Positions 16,778-27,370 of a stretch of 64,000 bases of DNA are shown here, one piece after another. The stretch's first letter is position 1. Every line of letters begins with the position of its first letter. The stretch covers positions 1,568,001 through 1,632,000 of the forward strand of contig OZ219920.1 of assembly GCA_964291415.2 (NCBI GenBank), in the 5' to 3' direction. The notes under the pieces were generated by a model that worked only from the letters and a program-made list of their open reading frames with translations, had not been told where the DNA came from and searched no databases. The translations under genes and the position numbers were made by a program. Source of the stretch: Alphaproteobacteria bacterium (GTDB lineage Bacteria; Pseudomonadota; Alphaproteobacteria; SP197).

Positions 16778-18352
16778 TCATCGCTTGCCTTCTCCGGTCC
16801 CGGCGGTCTCCCTTCTCACCATCGAGCGAAGGTCGGTGATGGCCCAGGCGCCGACCTGGCGAGCGATGGTCGCGTAAACGATGAGGCCGAGTGCCACGAG
16901 AACCCCGAGGTAGAGGGCGATGTGATCGTCGCCGGCAAGCCACCAGTGATCGCGGGTCTGGTGGACCGCCACAAGAGTGGCGGCCATCACGGATGTCGCC
17001 GCGACCATGCGCGGCAGACGCTGCCTGAGGCGCATGTCAGCCTTGAAGTGGCTCCGGCGCATCAGGACCACAAGGAGGATGATGGCGTTGATCCAGGCCG
17101 CCGTGGCGGTCGCAATGGCAATGCCGACATGGCCCAGGGACCAGACCAGAGCCAGCATGACGGCAACGTTGCTCAACAGGCCGATTGCGGCGATCTTCAG
17201 TACGGTCCCGGGATCCTTGCGGGCAAAGAAGGCCGGTGCGAGCACCTTGAGCAGCACGTAGGCGGGAAGTCCGGCCGCGAAGGCCCTGAGGGCGGCGGCG
17301 CTTGCCTCGCTGTCGGCGGCATTGAAGGCGCCGCGCTCGAAGAGGGCACTGATCACAGGATGGGCGATAACCATGAGGGCCGCCGCCGCCGGCAGGGTGA
17401 GAACCATCACGAGTTCGATGGCGCGGCTCTGGCTTTCGTTCGCCCCGGCCTCGTCGCGCGCCTCGATCTGCCTTGACAGCAGAGGCAGCAGCGCACTGCC
17501 GACGGCAATGCCGACGACGCCCAGCGGCAACTGATTGACCCGGTCGGCGTAGTAGAGCCACGAAATGGCGCCGGTGGAAAGAAAGGAGGCAACCCACAGA
17601 TCGATGAGAAGATTGACCTGCACGACACCGGCGCCGAGCGCCGCGGGAACGAAACGGCGAAGCAGTTCCCTCACACCTGCCGTCAGGCGCGGCAGGAGAA
17701 GACGCGGCATCATGCCGGCGCGCCTGATTGCATGGAGGACAAGCACGAGTTGCAGGATTCCGCCGCACGTCACGCCCCAGGAGACGGCCCTGCCTGCGTG
17801 CACATCCTCGAGGACGTGAACCAGGAGCGCCGCGCCGATGAGACTGATGTTGAGCAGGATGGGCGCAGCGGCATAGGCGGCAAATCGCCCGGTCGAATTG
17901 AGCACGCCGCCGAAGAGCGCCACCAGCGAGATCAGAAGAATGTAGGGAAAGGTGATGCGGGTGAGATCGACGGCAAGGTCGAATTTGCGGGGCTCGTCGA
18001 CGAACCCGGGCGCCAGGACCGTGATGACCCACGGCATCGCCACCTCGAAGACGGCGACCAGCACGGCGAGAACCAGGGCGAGAACTGCCAGGATCTCGCC
18101 GGCCAGCCGCCTTGCGACCGCCTCGCCATCTCGCTCGAGGCGGCCGGCGAAGAGAGGTATGAACACTGCGTTGAAGGCGCCCTCCGCCAGAAGGCGCCGG
18201 AAGAAATTGGGGAGCTTGAACGCGACAAGAAAGGCGTCGGCCACCCACCCCGTTCCCAGGGCTGCGGCAAAGAGCACGTCGCGCACAAAGCCAAGAACTC
18301 TGCTCGCGGCCGTCAGTCCGCTGACCGTCAGGAAAGCCCTGGAGAGATTCAT
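16778..18352 (-). CDS. murJ: Lipid II flippase MurJ (MviN)
   Basis: Motifs SRVLGFVRD, AFKLPNFFRRLLAEGAF and YYADRVNQLPLGVVG. Confidence 0.95.
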   Translation of the reverse strand: MNLSRAFLTVSGLTAASRVLGFVRDVLFAAALGTGWVADAFLVAFKLPNFFRRLLAEGAFNAVFIPLFAGRLERDGEAVARRLAGEILAVLALVLAVLVAVFEVAMPWVITVLAPGFVDEPRKFDLAVDLTRITFPYILLISLVALFGGVLNSTGRFAAYAAAPILLNISLIGAALLVHVLEDVHAGRAVSWGVTCGGILQLVLVLHAIRRAGMMPRLLLPRLTAGVRELLRRFVPAALGAGVVQVNLLIDLWVASFLSTGAISWLYYADRVNQLPLGVVGIAVGSALLPLLSRQIEARDEAGANESQSRAIELVMVLTLPAAAALMVIAHPVISALFERGAFNAADSEASAAALRAFAAGLPAYVLLKVLAPAFFARKDPGTVLKIAAIGLLSNVAVMLALVWSLGHVGIAIATATAAWINAIILLVVLMRRSHFKADMRLRQRLPRMVAATSVMAATLVAVHQTRDHWWLAGDDHIALYLGVLVALGLIVYATIARQVGAWAITDLRSMVRRETAGTGEGKR

Positions 18353-18507
18353 CCCCCTCTCACAGCGTCGCCGGAAAGCCCTTGATCACGCTCTGTTCCG
18401 CAAACGGAATGCTCTGGAAGGGTTAGGCCGTCCGTCTGCGCGGTCGACAATGATCAGGAAAGATGGCGAACAGATGTCCTGCCCGACGGCATCCGGCGAA
18501 GTGGACG

Positions 18508-19335
18508 TCAGGGCGTGATGCCGCGCAATCGTTCACTGCGGCGACGCAGGAGTTCCATCACGATCATCAATCCGACCGATGTCATGATGAGCATGGTGGC
18601 GACGGCCATGATGGTCGGCGACATCAGTTCGCGGATGCCCGACCACATGCGTCGCGGGAGCGTGTGCTCCTCGGTGCCGGCCAGGAAGATGGCAATGACC
18701 AGCTCATCCCAGGACGTGATGAAGGCGAAGAGTGCGCCAGCCACCACCCCGGGCAGGATGAGAGGCAGGGTGATGCGGAAGAAGACGCGCAAGGGGTCAC
18801 CCCCGAGGCTCGCGCCGGCCCGGATGAGATTGTAGTCGAAGCCGGCCAGGGTGGCCGAGACGGTGATGACGACGAAGGGCACACCGATGGTCGCGTGAGC
18901 GAACACAAGACCGGCGAGCGTCCCGGTCAGGCCGAGCTTGGCATAGAAGTAGAACATGCCGGCCGCCGTGATGACGATCGGCACGATGATGGGAGAGATG
19001 AGGACCGCGAGGATCGTGGTTTTTCCCGGATACTCGGCGCGATTGAGACCCAGTGCCGCCAGGGTTCCCAGCACCGTCGCCACCAGGGTCGCAAAGATGC
19101 CGACGATGATGCTGTTCTGCAGGCCCAGCAACCATTGCGGACTTGTGAAGAACTCCTCGTACCAGCGCAGCGAGTAGCCGGGCATGGGGTATGTGAAATA
19201 GGGCTCGGAATTGAAGCTGAGCGGGATGATCACGATGATCGGTACGAACAGGAAAGCAAAGACCAGGCAGCAGATCACGCGAAACGTGACATACCAGATT
19301 CTGTCGAACGTCGTGGCGTAGGACGGCATGGCCAT
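18508..19335 (-). CDS. Polyamine/opine ABC transporter permease (PotC-like)
   Basis: SLRWY motif, EAA-like loop RAGASLGG, and SWDELVIAIFL. Confidence 0.9.
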   Translation of the reverse strand: MAMPSYATTFDRIWYVTFRVICCLVFAFLFVPIIVIIPLSFNSEPYFTYPMPGYSLRWYEEFFTSPQWLLGLQNSIIVGIFATLVATVLGTLAALGLNRAEYPGKTTILAVLISPIIVPIVITAAGMFYFYAKLGLTGTLAGLVFAHATIGVPFVVITVSATLAGFDYNLIRAGASLGGDPLRVFFRITLPLILPGVVAGALFAFITSWDELVIAIFLAGTEEHTLPRRMWSGIRELMSPTIMAVATMLIMTSVGLMIVMELLRRRSERLRGITP

Positions 19336-19337
19336 GG

Positions 19338-20600
19338 TCAGTTCACCTTGAGACGGTCAACACCGACAAAGCGGTTGTAGATGAAGAACATGACAAGAGT
19401 GAGCAGCAGCAACACGACGGACAAGGCCGCGCCAAGTCCCCAGTTGGCCGTTCGCCCCATGTTCTGGACGATCCAGTAGCTGGTCATCTGATCACCGGGC
19501 CCGCCAACCAGAGCCGGGGTGATGTAGTACCCCAGTGACAGAATGAAGACGAGCAGCGTTCCCGCCGCCACCCCGGGCATGCACTGCGGAAAGTAGACTT
19601 TCAGAAAGGCCTTCCAGCCCGGCGCACCGAGGGAGGCCGCGGCCCGCATGTGCCAGGGGTTGATGGTCTTCATGACGCTGTACATGGGCAGCACCATGAA
19701 CGGCAGGAGAATGTGCACCATTGCCACGTAGACACCCAACCGGTTGCGGATCAGTTCCTGGGGTTCGTTCCACAGGCCCAGCCACAATGCCGCGTCGTTG
19801 ATCAGCCCCTCGTTCTGCAGCAGCACGAGCCACGAGGTTGTCCGCACCAGCAGCGACGTCCAGAACGGCAGAAGTACGAGAATCAGCAGCAGGTTGCTGA
19901 TGCGTGTCGGCAATGTCGCCAGGAGATAGGCAATCGGCAGACCGAGCAGGAAGCACAGCAGGGTGACGGCAAAGCTGATCTCGATGGTCCGCAGGAGAAC
20001 GTCGACGTAGATGGCCCTGTCGGGTGAGACGCCGACAATCTCGCGTTCCTCATCGCGCTGCAGGTCGAGTGACCACAGAAGGTAATAGTCGGTGTAGTAG
20101 TTGGAGGCGTTCTTGATGGCGAACCAGTAGGCAGGATCGCCCCAGTCCTTGTCGATCTTGATGAAACCATCGTGGATCTGATCGGGGAGAAGCAGTGCAA
20201 GCTGCTCGGACTTGCGCGCAGTCTTCTTCACCATCGACTTGAAGCCGCTGATGTCATAGTTGAGCCGCTTGGCAGCCCGTCCGAACTCGCCGCGTCCGGC
20301 GACCGAGAGCTCTTCGGCAAAGGTGACCATGGCCTCCGGCGGCGGGAATCCCTCGCCATCCCACTCCTGGAACAGTTCCGCCGTACGTGGGAACCCGGTC
20401 GTCACGTCCGGGTCCTCGACGGAGAGTGACAGCAGGGAAATGATCGGCAGGATGAACCCGACCACGAGAAACAGGAACAGCGGTGCGACAAGGGTGATCG
20501 CCCACACCTTGCGCATGCGTTCGGCGCGCCGGAGCTTGATCTTCAGCGGCACGCCGTCGGCCGTGCGCATCACGTCATGGCTGCCTGTGGTTGCCACCAT
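19338..20600 (-). CDS. Polyamine/opine ABC transporter permease (PotB-like, extended periplasmic loop)
   Basis: Motifs LLPFWTSLLVRT, HILLPFMVLPMY, RAAASLGA and GYYITPALVGG. Confidence 0.9.
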   Translation of the reverse strand: MVATTGSHDVMRTADGVPLKIKLRRAERMRKVWAITLVAPLFLFLVVGFILPIISLLSLSVEDPDVTTGFPRTAELFQEWDGEGFPPPEAMVTFAEELSVAGRGEFGRAAKRLNYDISGFKSMVKKTARKSEQLALLLPDQIHDGFIKIDKDWGDPAYWFAIKNASNYYTDYYLLWSLDLQRDEEREIVGVSPDRAIYVDVLLRTIEISFAVTLLCFLLGLPIAYLLATLPTRISNLLLILVLLPFWTSLLVRTTSWLVLLQNEGLINDAALWLGLWNEPQELIRNRLGVYVAMVHILLPFMVLPMYSVMKTINPWHMRAAASLGAPGWKAFLKVYFPQCMPGVAAGTLLVFILSLGYYITPALVGGPGDQMTSYWIVQNMGRTANWGLGAALSVVLLLLTLVMFFIYNRFVGVDRLKVN

Positions 20601-20621
20601 GTCCTGCTGTCTCCGGCCAAT

Positions 20622-20667
20622 GAAAGAAAAGACGAGAGAGAACCGGGATCATGATGTCCCGGTTCTC
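20622..20667 (-). terminator. Stem-loop with U-rich tail after the SBP gene (partial terminator / mRNA stabiliser)
   Basis: Perfect 11-bp stem GAGAACCGGGA(20638-48)/TCCCGGTTCTC(20657-67), followed on the minus strand by TCTCGTCTTTTCTTTC. Confidence 0.6.
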
Positions 20668-20682
20668 CCTGAACACTGGTCG

Positions 20683-21756
20683 TTACTGTGAACGCCAGAC
20701 CTGGAAGCGCTCTGTCAGCTCTTCCTCATGGTCAGCCCACCAGACGGTGTCCACCCACAGGGCATTCTGGAGATTGGCCGCAGCGGTCGGCAGGTGCTGC
20801 AGAATGTCCGGATTGATGAGTGCGCCCGCCTCGGCAGTCGTCGGGCCGTACGAGATGTACTGGGACTGACGCGCCATGACTTCAGGGCGGCTGGCATACT
20901 CGATGAACTTCATGCCGAGATCGTATTCCGGATGTCCGGCCGGAATGATCCAGTGATCATAGTCAATGGTCTGTCCATCCCAGACGATGACGAAGTTCTT
21001 TCCTTCCTTGACGACCGCATTGTAGATGCGTCCGTTCCAGGCAGTCGTCATGGCCACCTCGCCGTCAGCGAGAAGCTGCGGCGCCATGGCCCCGGTATCC
21101 CACCAGATGACCTCGTCCTTGATCGACTCGAGCTTGGCGAAGGCACGATCAATGGCCTCTTCATCGTTGTCGGAGAGGTAGGCATAGACCTCGTCGGCGG
21201 GCACGCCGTCAGCGATGAGCGCCATTTCGAGCGAAGCGGCCGGGCTGTTGGCATAGAGGCCGCGCTTGCCCGGGAACTTCTCGAGATCGAAGAAGTCGGC
21301 AATCGTGGTCGGAACGTTGTCGCCGGAGTAGGCATCGCCATTATAGGCATAGATGGTCGCCCACGAGATTGTGCCCACCGAACAGTCGAGTGCCGCGCCC
21401 GGGAAGAAGCGGTCCATGCCGCCCATCATCTCCCAGTCGATTTCGGCGAGAAGGCCTTCATCACAACCGGCCATGGCCGTTCCCGACTCCGAGTCGATGA
21501 CGTGCCACTTGTATTCGCCACTCTCGACCTGAACGCGGATCTCCGACAGGGTGCCACCCCACTCGTCCTCGAGGACGGTCATGTCGATTTCCTTGGCCGC
21601 GGGCTTGTAGTAGGCCTCGCGCTGGCTGGCGGAATAGGCTCCGCCCCAGGAAGCCACGGTAATCGTGTCATCGGCCAGGACGGCTGACGGAGCCTGCAGG
21701 CCCGCCAGCGCGGCGCCGGCAAGGACCGCGGCTGAAACTCTCATTACTCTCTTCAT
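20683..21756 (-). CDS. Polyamine ABC transporter substrate-binding protein (PotD/PotF-like)
   Basis: Signal peptide plus motifs ASWGGAY, DFFDLEKFPGKRG and AWNGRI. Confidence 0.9.
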   Translation of the reverse strand: MKRVMRVSAAVLAGAALAGLQAPSAVLADDTITVASWGGAYSASQREAYYKPAAKEIDMTVLEDEWGGTLSEIRVQVESGEYKWHVIDSESGTAMAGCDEGLLAEIDWEMMGGMDRFFPGAALDCSVGTISWATIYAYNGDAYSGDNVPTTIADFFDLEKFPGKRGLYANSPAASLEMALIADGVPADEVYAYLSDNDEEAIDRAFAKLESIKDEVIWWDTGAMAPQLLADGEVAMTTAWNGRIYNAVVKEGKNFVIVWDGQTIDYDHWIIPAGHPEYDLGMKFIEYASRPEVMARQSQYISYGPTTAEAGALINPDILQHLPTAAANLQNALWVDTVWWADHEEELTERFQVWRSQ

Positions 21757-21859
21757 GATTGTCGTCTCCCTTCAAAGGACGTTGTTCATGTCGTGCACGG
21801 TCACGAAGACCCTGCGTCATGCGCCGCGTCACGCGGCCTGATGGATGCCGCCCGTCATG

Positions 21860-22981
21860 TCAGGCTGCATCCAGCGCCCGGCAGTCGCCCGACCGCCAGC
21901 CGATTCTGATTTCCTGTCCCAGTTCGAGACCGCCATGGCCCGAGCCGCGCGGCACCTTGACGACAAAATCGTCGTGGTCGAAAACCTCCATGCGCACTCT
22001 GGTGTGGTCACCCATGTAAATCTGTTCCCGCACCACCGCCGTGAATATGTCATCACATCCATCGCTTTCCGCGGCGCCAACCACCACGACTTCGGGACGC
22101 AGTGACAGGGTGGTCTGCTGCCCCACCTCGGACACATTGACAGGCAGGGCCCTGATCGCATGCCCGCTGGGGAGCTCGACAACGCAGACGTCCCCGGCGA
22201 TCTCCGTGATCTTGCCCTTGAGCCGGTTGTTCTCGCCGATGAACTGGGCAACGAAGGCATTCTTCGGCCGTTCATAGAGTTCCTCGGGCGCGTCGAGCTG
22301 CTGGATGACTCCGTCATCGAAGACCGCGATGCGGTCCGACATGGTCAGCGCCTCGCTCTGGTCATGGGTGACGTAGACGAATGTCAGGCCCACGTTCTGA
22401 TGAATGTGCTTCATCTCGATCTGCATCTGTTCGCGCAGCTTCTTGTCGAGAGCGCCAAGCGGCTCGTCCATGAGAACGATCTGGGGCTCGAACACGAGGG
22501 CGCGCGCCAGAGCGACGCGCTGCTGCTGGCCGCCGGAAAGCTGTGCCGGGCGGCGCCTCTCGAAACCGGTGAGCTCCACCATGGCCAGGACGTCGGCGAT
22601 CTTCTTCTCCCGGGATGCCTTTTCGACCTTGTGGCACTGCAGCGGAAACTCGAGGTTCTCGTAGACCGTCATGTGGGGAAACAGGGCGTAGTTCTGGAAG
22701 ACCATGCCGATATCCCGCTTGTGCGGCGGCACCAGGCGCAGCGAACGCCCGTTGAGCACGATGTCGCCATGAGTCGTCGATTCGAATCCGGCAAGCATCA
22801 TGAGCGTCGTCGTCTTGCCCGACCCGGACGGTCCGAGAAGAGTGAGGAACTCGCCCTTCTCGATCGCCAGGTTGAGGTCCTTCACAACGAGAACCTCTCC
22901 GTCATAGGTTTTCTGGACGTTCTCGAACCGGACCTGGGGCTCGTTGCTCCCCCGATCCGGGCTGTGCATGCTGTCCGTCAT
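21860..22981 (-). CDS. Polyamine ABC transporter ATP-binding protein (PotA-like)
   Basis: Walker [36 protein letters not shown] and a TOBE-like tail. Confidence 0.92.
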   Translation of the reverse strand: MTDSMHSPDRGSNEPQVRFENVQKTYDGEVLVVKDLNLAIEKGEFLTLLGPSGSGKTTTLMMLAGFESTTHGDIVLNGRSLRLVPPHKRDIGMVFQNYALFPHMTVYENLEFPLQCHKVEKASREKKIADVLAMVELTGFERRRPAQLSGGQQQRVALARALVFEPQIVLMDEPLGALDKKLREQMQIEMKHIHQNVGLTFVYVTHDQSEALTMSDRIAVFDDGVIQQLDAPEELYERPKNAFVAQFIGENNRLKGKITEIAGDVCVVELPSGHAIRALPVNVSEVGQQTTLSLRPEVVVVGAAESDGCDDIFTAVVREQIYMGDHTRVRMEVFDHDDFVVKVPRGSGHGGLELGQEIRIGWRSGDCRALDAA

Positions 22982-23222
22982 TCATCCGGTCCCGAACGTT
23001 TCGACAACACCTTGAACTCCTTCCTGACCACGTCTCGCCTGCGACGCACCATGCAACACAGTTCACCCTGCATTCAAGCCTGCATACCGGCGACTGCCCT
23101 GGCAGGGAAGTGAAATTCGAGGCACTAGACTAGACTACTCACGCACACTATCAAAATGCCTCCCGCGAGCAGCAAAGGACATCGGTGAGCCAGATGTGTG
23201 ATTTTCCACCTGCCGGGAAACC

Positions 23223-24539
23223 ATGACCCGCCTCTTTGCGCCATCCGGATCCACCGCCCGGGGACTTGTCGTCCTCTTCGGGCTCGTCCTCGGGTCTGCC
23301 CTCTGTCCCGCGGGAGATGACAATCCGGCGCTTGAGGTGTCGAGCACTGACGTGATTCGTGCTGCCGTCGCCAGCGGTCTGATCGATGCGGCGGACTTCG
23401 AAGCCATCGACGATCCCCACGTGGGCCCGCTCCTCGTTGGCCGGCCCAGGGCATCGGATGATCCGGCGCGGACCTTCAGCATCATCATGTTCGGGAGCGA
23501 TTCGACAGGACTGACCCAGATCCAGTTCGTCATGTCCGCCCCCTGGGAAGGCCTCAGCAACCGCCTTGAGCTCGCTGCCAGCATCGCCGGCCTTGTCGTG
23601 GCCCTGCCGTCATCCCTGCCGCCCATGCCGCCGATGGAAGCCGGCCCGGCAAACCTGACTCCAATGGCATCGTGGCTCTACAGCCTGTTCTACGAGTCCT
23701 GGCTTGGCTGGCCCGGCTCCGCGAAGAGGCTGGTGCGGGTTCGCGATGATGTCGCCGTCATCATGGAGGGCACGCCTCCGGAAACATGGATCATGACACT
23801 GGCCGTCGACCGCGACTTTCCGGACACGACCTGGCCCGGCGGATGGTCCGGAACCGATGCTCCCGGGGTGACGGAGGCGCGGCAGTTCATCCGCCAGGGC
23901 GAGTATCAGGCCGCCCGCAGTATCCTGGAACCTCTGGCCGAGGACGGTGATCCTCAGGCCGCCCTGCTCATGGGAGACATGTCGAGGTTCGGAAGGATCG
24001 GCATCCCCCACATCCAGGATGCAACCGACTGGTATCTCGTCGCTGCGCGCCATCGCCACCCCCGGGCCATCTGGGCTCTGGCCGCCATGCTCACCGAAGG
24101 GTGGGGGACGTTCTTCATCAACAACCTGAAGGGTCAACTCCTGGCGCGGGCCGAAGCCGCCGGCTCGGCGGACGCCCTCCTTGTCCTCGGCGGCACAACC
24201 CCGGGCGTGAACTACGTGCGTCCGCCCGGCGTTTCGGCCAGCGACCAGATCCTGGAAGCGGCGCGGTGGGGACTTCTTGCCGCGCAACACGACATCGCTG
24301 ACCGCTACGCCAGGGGTGACGGTATCGCCGCCGACACGATAGAGGCATGTGCCTGGGCCATCGTCGCCCTGGAGAACACCGGTCCCGGGGCCGATTACCT
24401 CTTCTCGCGGCAGCTTCTTGCCGATCTCTCTTCCGGACTCGACGATGCCGGCCTCGCGCAGGCCAGAGAAAGGGCCATGAATCTCGAGACCGGGCCGCCT
24501 TCATGGTCTCCGCGTGTCGTCGAGCACGCCACTCCTTGA
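23223..24539 (+). CDS. Secreted protein with C-terminal Sel1-like (SLR/TPR) repeats
   Basis: Hydrophobic signal-like N-terminus. Sel1-type repeats: LAEDGDPQAALLMGDM..G, DWYLVAARHRHPRAIWAL, AARWGLLAAQHDIADRYARGDG..D..EACAW. Confidence 0.7.
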   Translation: MTRLFAPSGSTARGLVVLFGLVLGSALCPAGDDNPALEVSSTDVIRAAVASGLIDAADFEAIDDPHVGPLLVGRPRASDDPARTFSIIMFGSDSTGLTQIQFVMSAPWEGLSNRLELAASIAGLVVALPSSLPPMPPMEAGPANLTPMASWLYSLFYESWLGWPGSAKRLVRVRDDVAVIMEGTPPETWIMTLAVDRDFPDTTWPGGWSGTDAPGVTEARQFIRQGEYQAARSILEPLAEDGDPQAALLMGDMSRFGRIGIPHIQDATDWYLVAARHRHPRAIWALAAMLTEGWGTFFINNLKGQLLARAEAAGSADALLVLGGTTPGVNYVRPPGVSASDQILEAARWGLLAAQHDIADRYARGDGIAADTIEACAWAIVALENTGPGADYLFSRQLLADLSSGLDDAGLAQARERAMNLETGPPSWSPRVVEHATP

Positions 24540-24554
24540 CATCCTGGCAGGATG
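24540..24554. promoter_or_regulatory. Palindrome (operator candidate) upstream of Rieske oxygenase
   Basis: CATCCTG-G-CAGGATG perfect 7-1-7 inverted repeat overlapping a TTGACA hexamer (24536-41). No clear -10 box. Confidence 0.3.
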
Positions 24555-24687
24555 ACGTGCGCGATCCTCGTCCGGGAAGAGTGCGCCACGGATCGACCCG
24601 GTCTTTGCGAATCCCGTCATGGCGCACCGCCGGACTTCACGTTCCGGCGCGGGATGGAATAGATTGCGGCATCGACGGGAGGTGACG

Positions 24688-25911
24688 ATGAAGGCACACG
24701 ACATCCCTGCGGTGGATGACCTGATCGCCCGGCAACGACCCGGCTTCACCCTGGAACAGCCGTTCTACCGGGATCCCGGGATCTTCAGGCGGGACATGGA
24801 GAGGGTCGTTTCGAGATCCTGGCTCTATGTCGCCCACGAGAGCGAGATTCCCTCGAGGGGCGACTACCTTGTCTACCGGGTCGGCGAGGAGTCGATCATC
24901 CTGGTGCGTGGCCGTGATCTTGAGGTTCGCGCCTTCTTCAATGTCTGCCGTCATCGCGGCAGCCATATCTGCCTCGAGGAACGCGGCAACGCCGGCAAGC
25001 TCGTGTGCCCCTATCATGCCTGGACCTACGATCTCGACGGACGCCTCATCGCCGCTCGTTCCATGCCTCAAGGATTCGACAAGGCGGACTATCCACTCCA
25101 TGGGTGCTCGGTCCGGGTGGCCCAGGGTCTCATCTTCATTTGCCTCGCCGGCGCCGATGATCCGCATGTCGCAGACTTCAGCGGCATTGCCGATCTGCTC
25201 GAGTCCTATGCCGGGCTGCATCGTCTGAAGGACACGAAGATCGTGCACCGCGAGGTCTATCCGACCTACGCCAACTGGAAACTCGTCGTCGACAACTTCC
25301 GCGAGTGCTATCACTGCTCGCCGGCACACCCCGAGTACACGATGGTCAACGCCTACGTGAAGGCGCACGACCGCGGTCCCGAGACCTACCGTCCGGCGGT
25401 GGATTCCTGGGTCGAAAGGACGAGGAAGCTCGGTCACCCCGTGGACTCGTCGAATGGCGACATCGGCGACCCGCGCCAGCCTCACAGCGTCTGGCGCCAA
25501 CCCATTCGGGAGGGCTATCTGACGCTTTCCGAAAACGGGCAGCCCGTCGCCCCCCTGCTTGGCGCCCTGGAACACTGGGACGGTGGCGAGACTGCCTTCA
25601 CCCTCGGACCGCTGTCCTATGCCTACCTGTGTGCCGATCATCTCACGATGTTCCGCTTCACGCCTGTCACGCCGGAGTTCAGCGAGGTGCTCGTGACCTG
25701 GCACGTTCGCGCCGATGCCGACCTGGACCGGGACGTTGATCTCAAGCGCCTGATCTGGATGTGGGACGTCACGACCATCGAGGACACGAAGATCATCATC
25801 GACAACCAGAAGGGCGTGAACTCCACCCGCTACGCGCCGGGACCCTATGCAACGCTGGAAGACTACTCGGCGGCCTTCACCGACTGGTACCTCGAGCGCA
25901 TCGCGTCCTGA
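24688..25911 (+). CDS. Rieske non-heme iron oxygenase alpha subunit (GbcA/betaine N-demethylase-like)
   Basis: Rieske CRHRG..CPYHAW and mononuclear Fe site NWK..DNFRECYHCSPAHP. C-terminus has WDVT..ED..II..NQ.GVNS..Y.PGPY. GGAGG SD before ATG 24688. Confidence 0.9.
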   Translation: MKAHDIPAVDDLIARQRPGFTLEQPFYRDPGIFRRDMERVVSRSWLYVAHESEIPSRGDYLVYRVGEESIILVRGRDLEVRAFFNVCRHRGSHICLEERGNAGKLVCPYHAWTYDLDGRLIAARSMPQGFDKADYPLHGCSVRVAQGLIFICLAGADDPHVADFSGIADLLESYAGLHRLKDTKIVHREVYPTYANWKLVVDNFRECYHCSPAHPEYTMVNAYVKAHDRGPETYRPAVDSWVERTRKLGHPVDSSNGDIGDPRQPHSVWRQPIREGYLTLSENGQPVAPLLGALEHWDGGETAFTLGPLSYAYLCADHLTMFRFTPVTPEFSEVLVTWHVRADADLDRDVDLKRLIWMWDVTTIEDTKIIIDNQKGVNSTRYAPGPYATLEDYSAAFTDWYLERIAS

Positions 25912-25913
25912 GC

Positions 25914-26303
25914 CTACCCGGTCCTTGCGGCCTGATATCTCGAATGCAGGGTCGCCGGATCCTCTTCCGGCGGAAGTTCCGCCCGCACCCGGGCCGGAAG
26001 TGCGGAGCGCACGATACGGTAGGAAACGGCGAGGCGCTGCCACAGCAGGTCTTCCGCACAGTCGAAAGGCAGGTTGATCCACGAGCGGTGGAAGTACCGC
26101 GCTTTCCTGCCGACACCCGCATCGATCAGCATCGTCGCCGTTTCGATGCTGTCGGTCTTGACGGAAACACCCTCATCGGATGCCCCCATGCAGGCAAACA
26201 TCTTGCCGCCAACCTTCCAGGCATCATGGCCGTCTCCCCAGGGGTCCGTGTCCTCCGCCCCCGGAAAAACTGAACACATCGCATTGATCGTCGCCCGGCT
26301 CAT
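25914..26303 (-). CDS. MmcQ/YjbR family protein
   Basis: PWGDGHDAWKVGGKMFA, ARYFHRSW, SYRIVRSALP. This is the 3' part of the long computed ORF. Confidence 0.85.
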   Translation of the reverse strand: MSRATINAMCSVFPGAEDTDPWGDGHDAWKVGGKMFACMGASDEGVSVKTDSIETATMLIDAGVGRKARYFHRSWINLPFDCAEDLLWQRLAVSYRIVRSALPARVRAELPPEEDPATLHSRYQAARTG

Positions 26304-26432
26304 GTCCTCTCGACCCCGCCTTGTCATCCGCAGGTCCAATACACCCTCAGGGATGTGGGAGCGACTCGCAATGCCCGAGGAACGAGGGCACACTTGCCAT
26401 CTCATGTAACGTGACGACAGGAGTTGAATGTT

Positions 26433-27353
26433 ATGGGAATTGCAAGAACGTTGCTGTCTGCTGCCGGCGCGGCCCTCATGTTCACGGGTCCGGCCATCGC
26501 GGATGTGCCGGAGTCGGAGAGAACGATCATTGCGCCGCTGCACAACTGGACCGGCGCCCAGATTTCCTCGGCCGTTTCGGGAGAGATTCTGCGACGCATG
26601 GGCTACAATGTCGAGTATGTGGCGATCTCCGCGCTGTCCGCACCTCAGGGCATCGCCGACGGCGAGATCAGCTATGCGCCCGAGTTGTGGAGCAACAACC
26701 TGGGTGACGTCTATCCGATCATGATCGAGAAGGGCGACATCGTCGACATCGGCGATCTGGGTCTCGATGCCCGGGAAGGATGGCTGTATCCGCTCTACCT
26801 CGAGGAGGAGTGTCCGGGCCTTCCGGCCTGGGAGGCCTTCCTTGACTGTTCCGAACTCTTCGCCACCGCCGAGACCATTCCCAACGGCCGTTTCCTCGAC
26901 TACCCGTCGGAATGGCGCAGTCGCGCCGGCGATCTCATTCGTGAGCAGGGGCTTCCGTTCGACGTGGTTCCCGCGGGCAGTGAAGGAACGATGATCGCGG
27001 AACTCAATTCGGCGGTGGAACGCAAGGCACCGCTCGTCATGATGTTCTGGGCCCCGCACTGGGTGCTCTCCGTTCACGAGACCGGATGGATCGACATTCC
27101 CGAGGACCTGGTGAACCAGTACAGCCTGCACAAGCCGCGTATCTTCAAGGTCGTGTGGCCCGGCATCCACGATGAATGGCCGGTAGCCGCCCGATTCCTG
27201 GAGACATTCACCATCGACAACAGATCCCAGGAAATCATGATGGATCTGATCGACAACCAGCAACAGGATCTCATCGAGGTGACGAACCAGTGGCTCGACG
27301 ACAACGTGGATGTCTGGCAGCCGATGGTCGACGCCGCCATGGCAGGGTCCTGA
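26433..27353 (+). CDS. Glycine betaine/TMAO-type ABC substrate-binding protein (OpuAC/TmoX-like)
   Basis: Signal peptide plus HNWTG, ELW, REGWLYP, CPGLPAW..C..LFATAET..GRFLD and FWAPHW. Confidence 0.85.
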   Translation: MGIARTLLSAAGAALMFTGPAIADVPESERTIIAPLHNWTGAQISSAVSGEILRRMGYNVEYVAISALSAPQGIADGEISYAPELWSNNLGDVYPIMIEKGDIVDIGDLGLDAREGWLYPLYLEEECPGLPAWEAFLDCSELFATAETIPNGRFLDYPSEWRSRAGDLIREQGLPFDVVPAGSEGTMIAELNSAVERKAPLVMMFWAPHWVLSVHETGWIDIPEDLVNQYSLHKPRIFKVVWPGIHDEWPVAARFLETFTIDNRSQEIMMDLIDNQQQDLIEVTNQWLDDNVDVWQPMVDAAMAGS

Positions 27354-27370
27354 TCTCCTCTTGACGCAAG

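Noticed and set aside
23124-23138. CTAGACTAGACTA short tandem/near-palindrome in the potA/SLR divergent promoter
   Set aside because: Could be a regulator site, but it is short, single-copy and has no supporting regulator gene.
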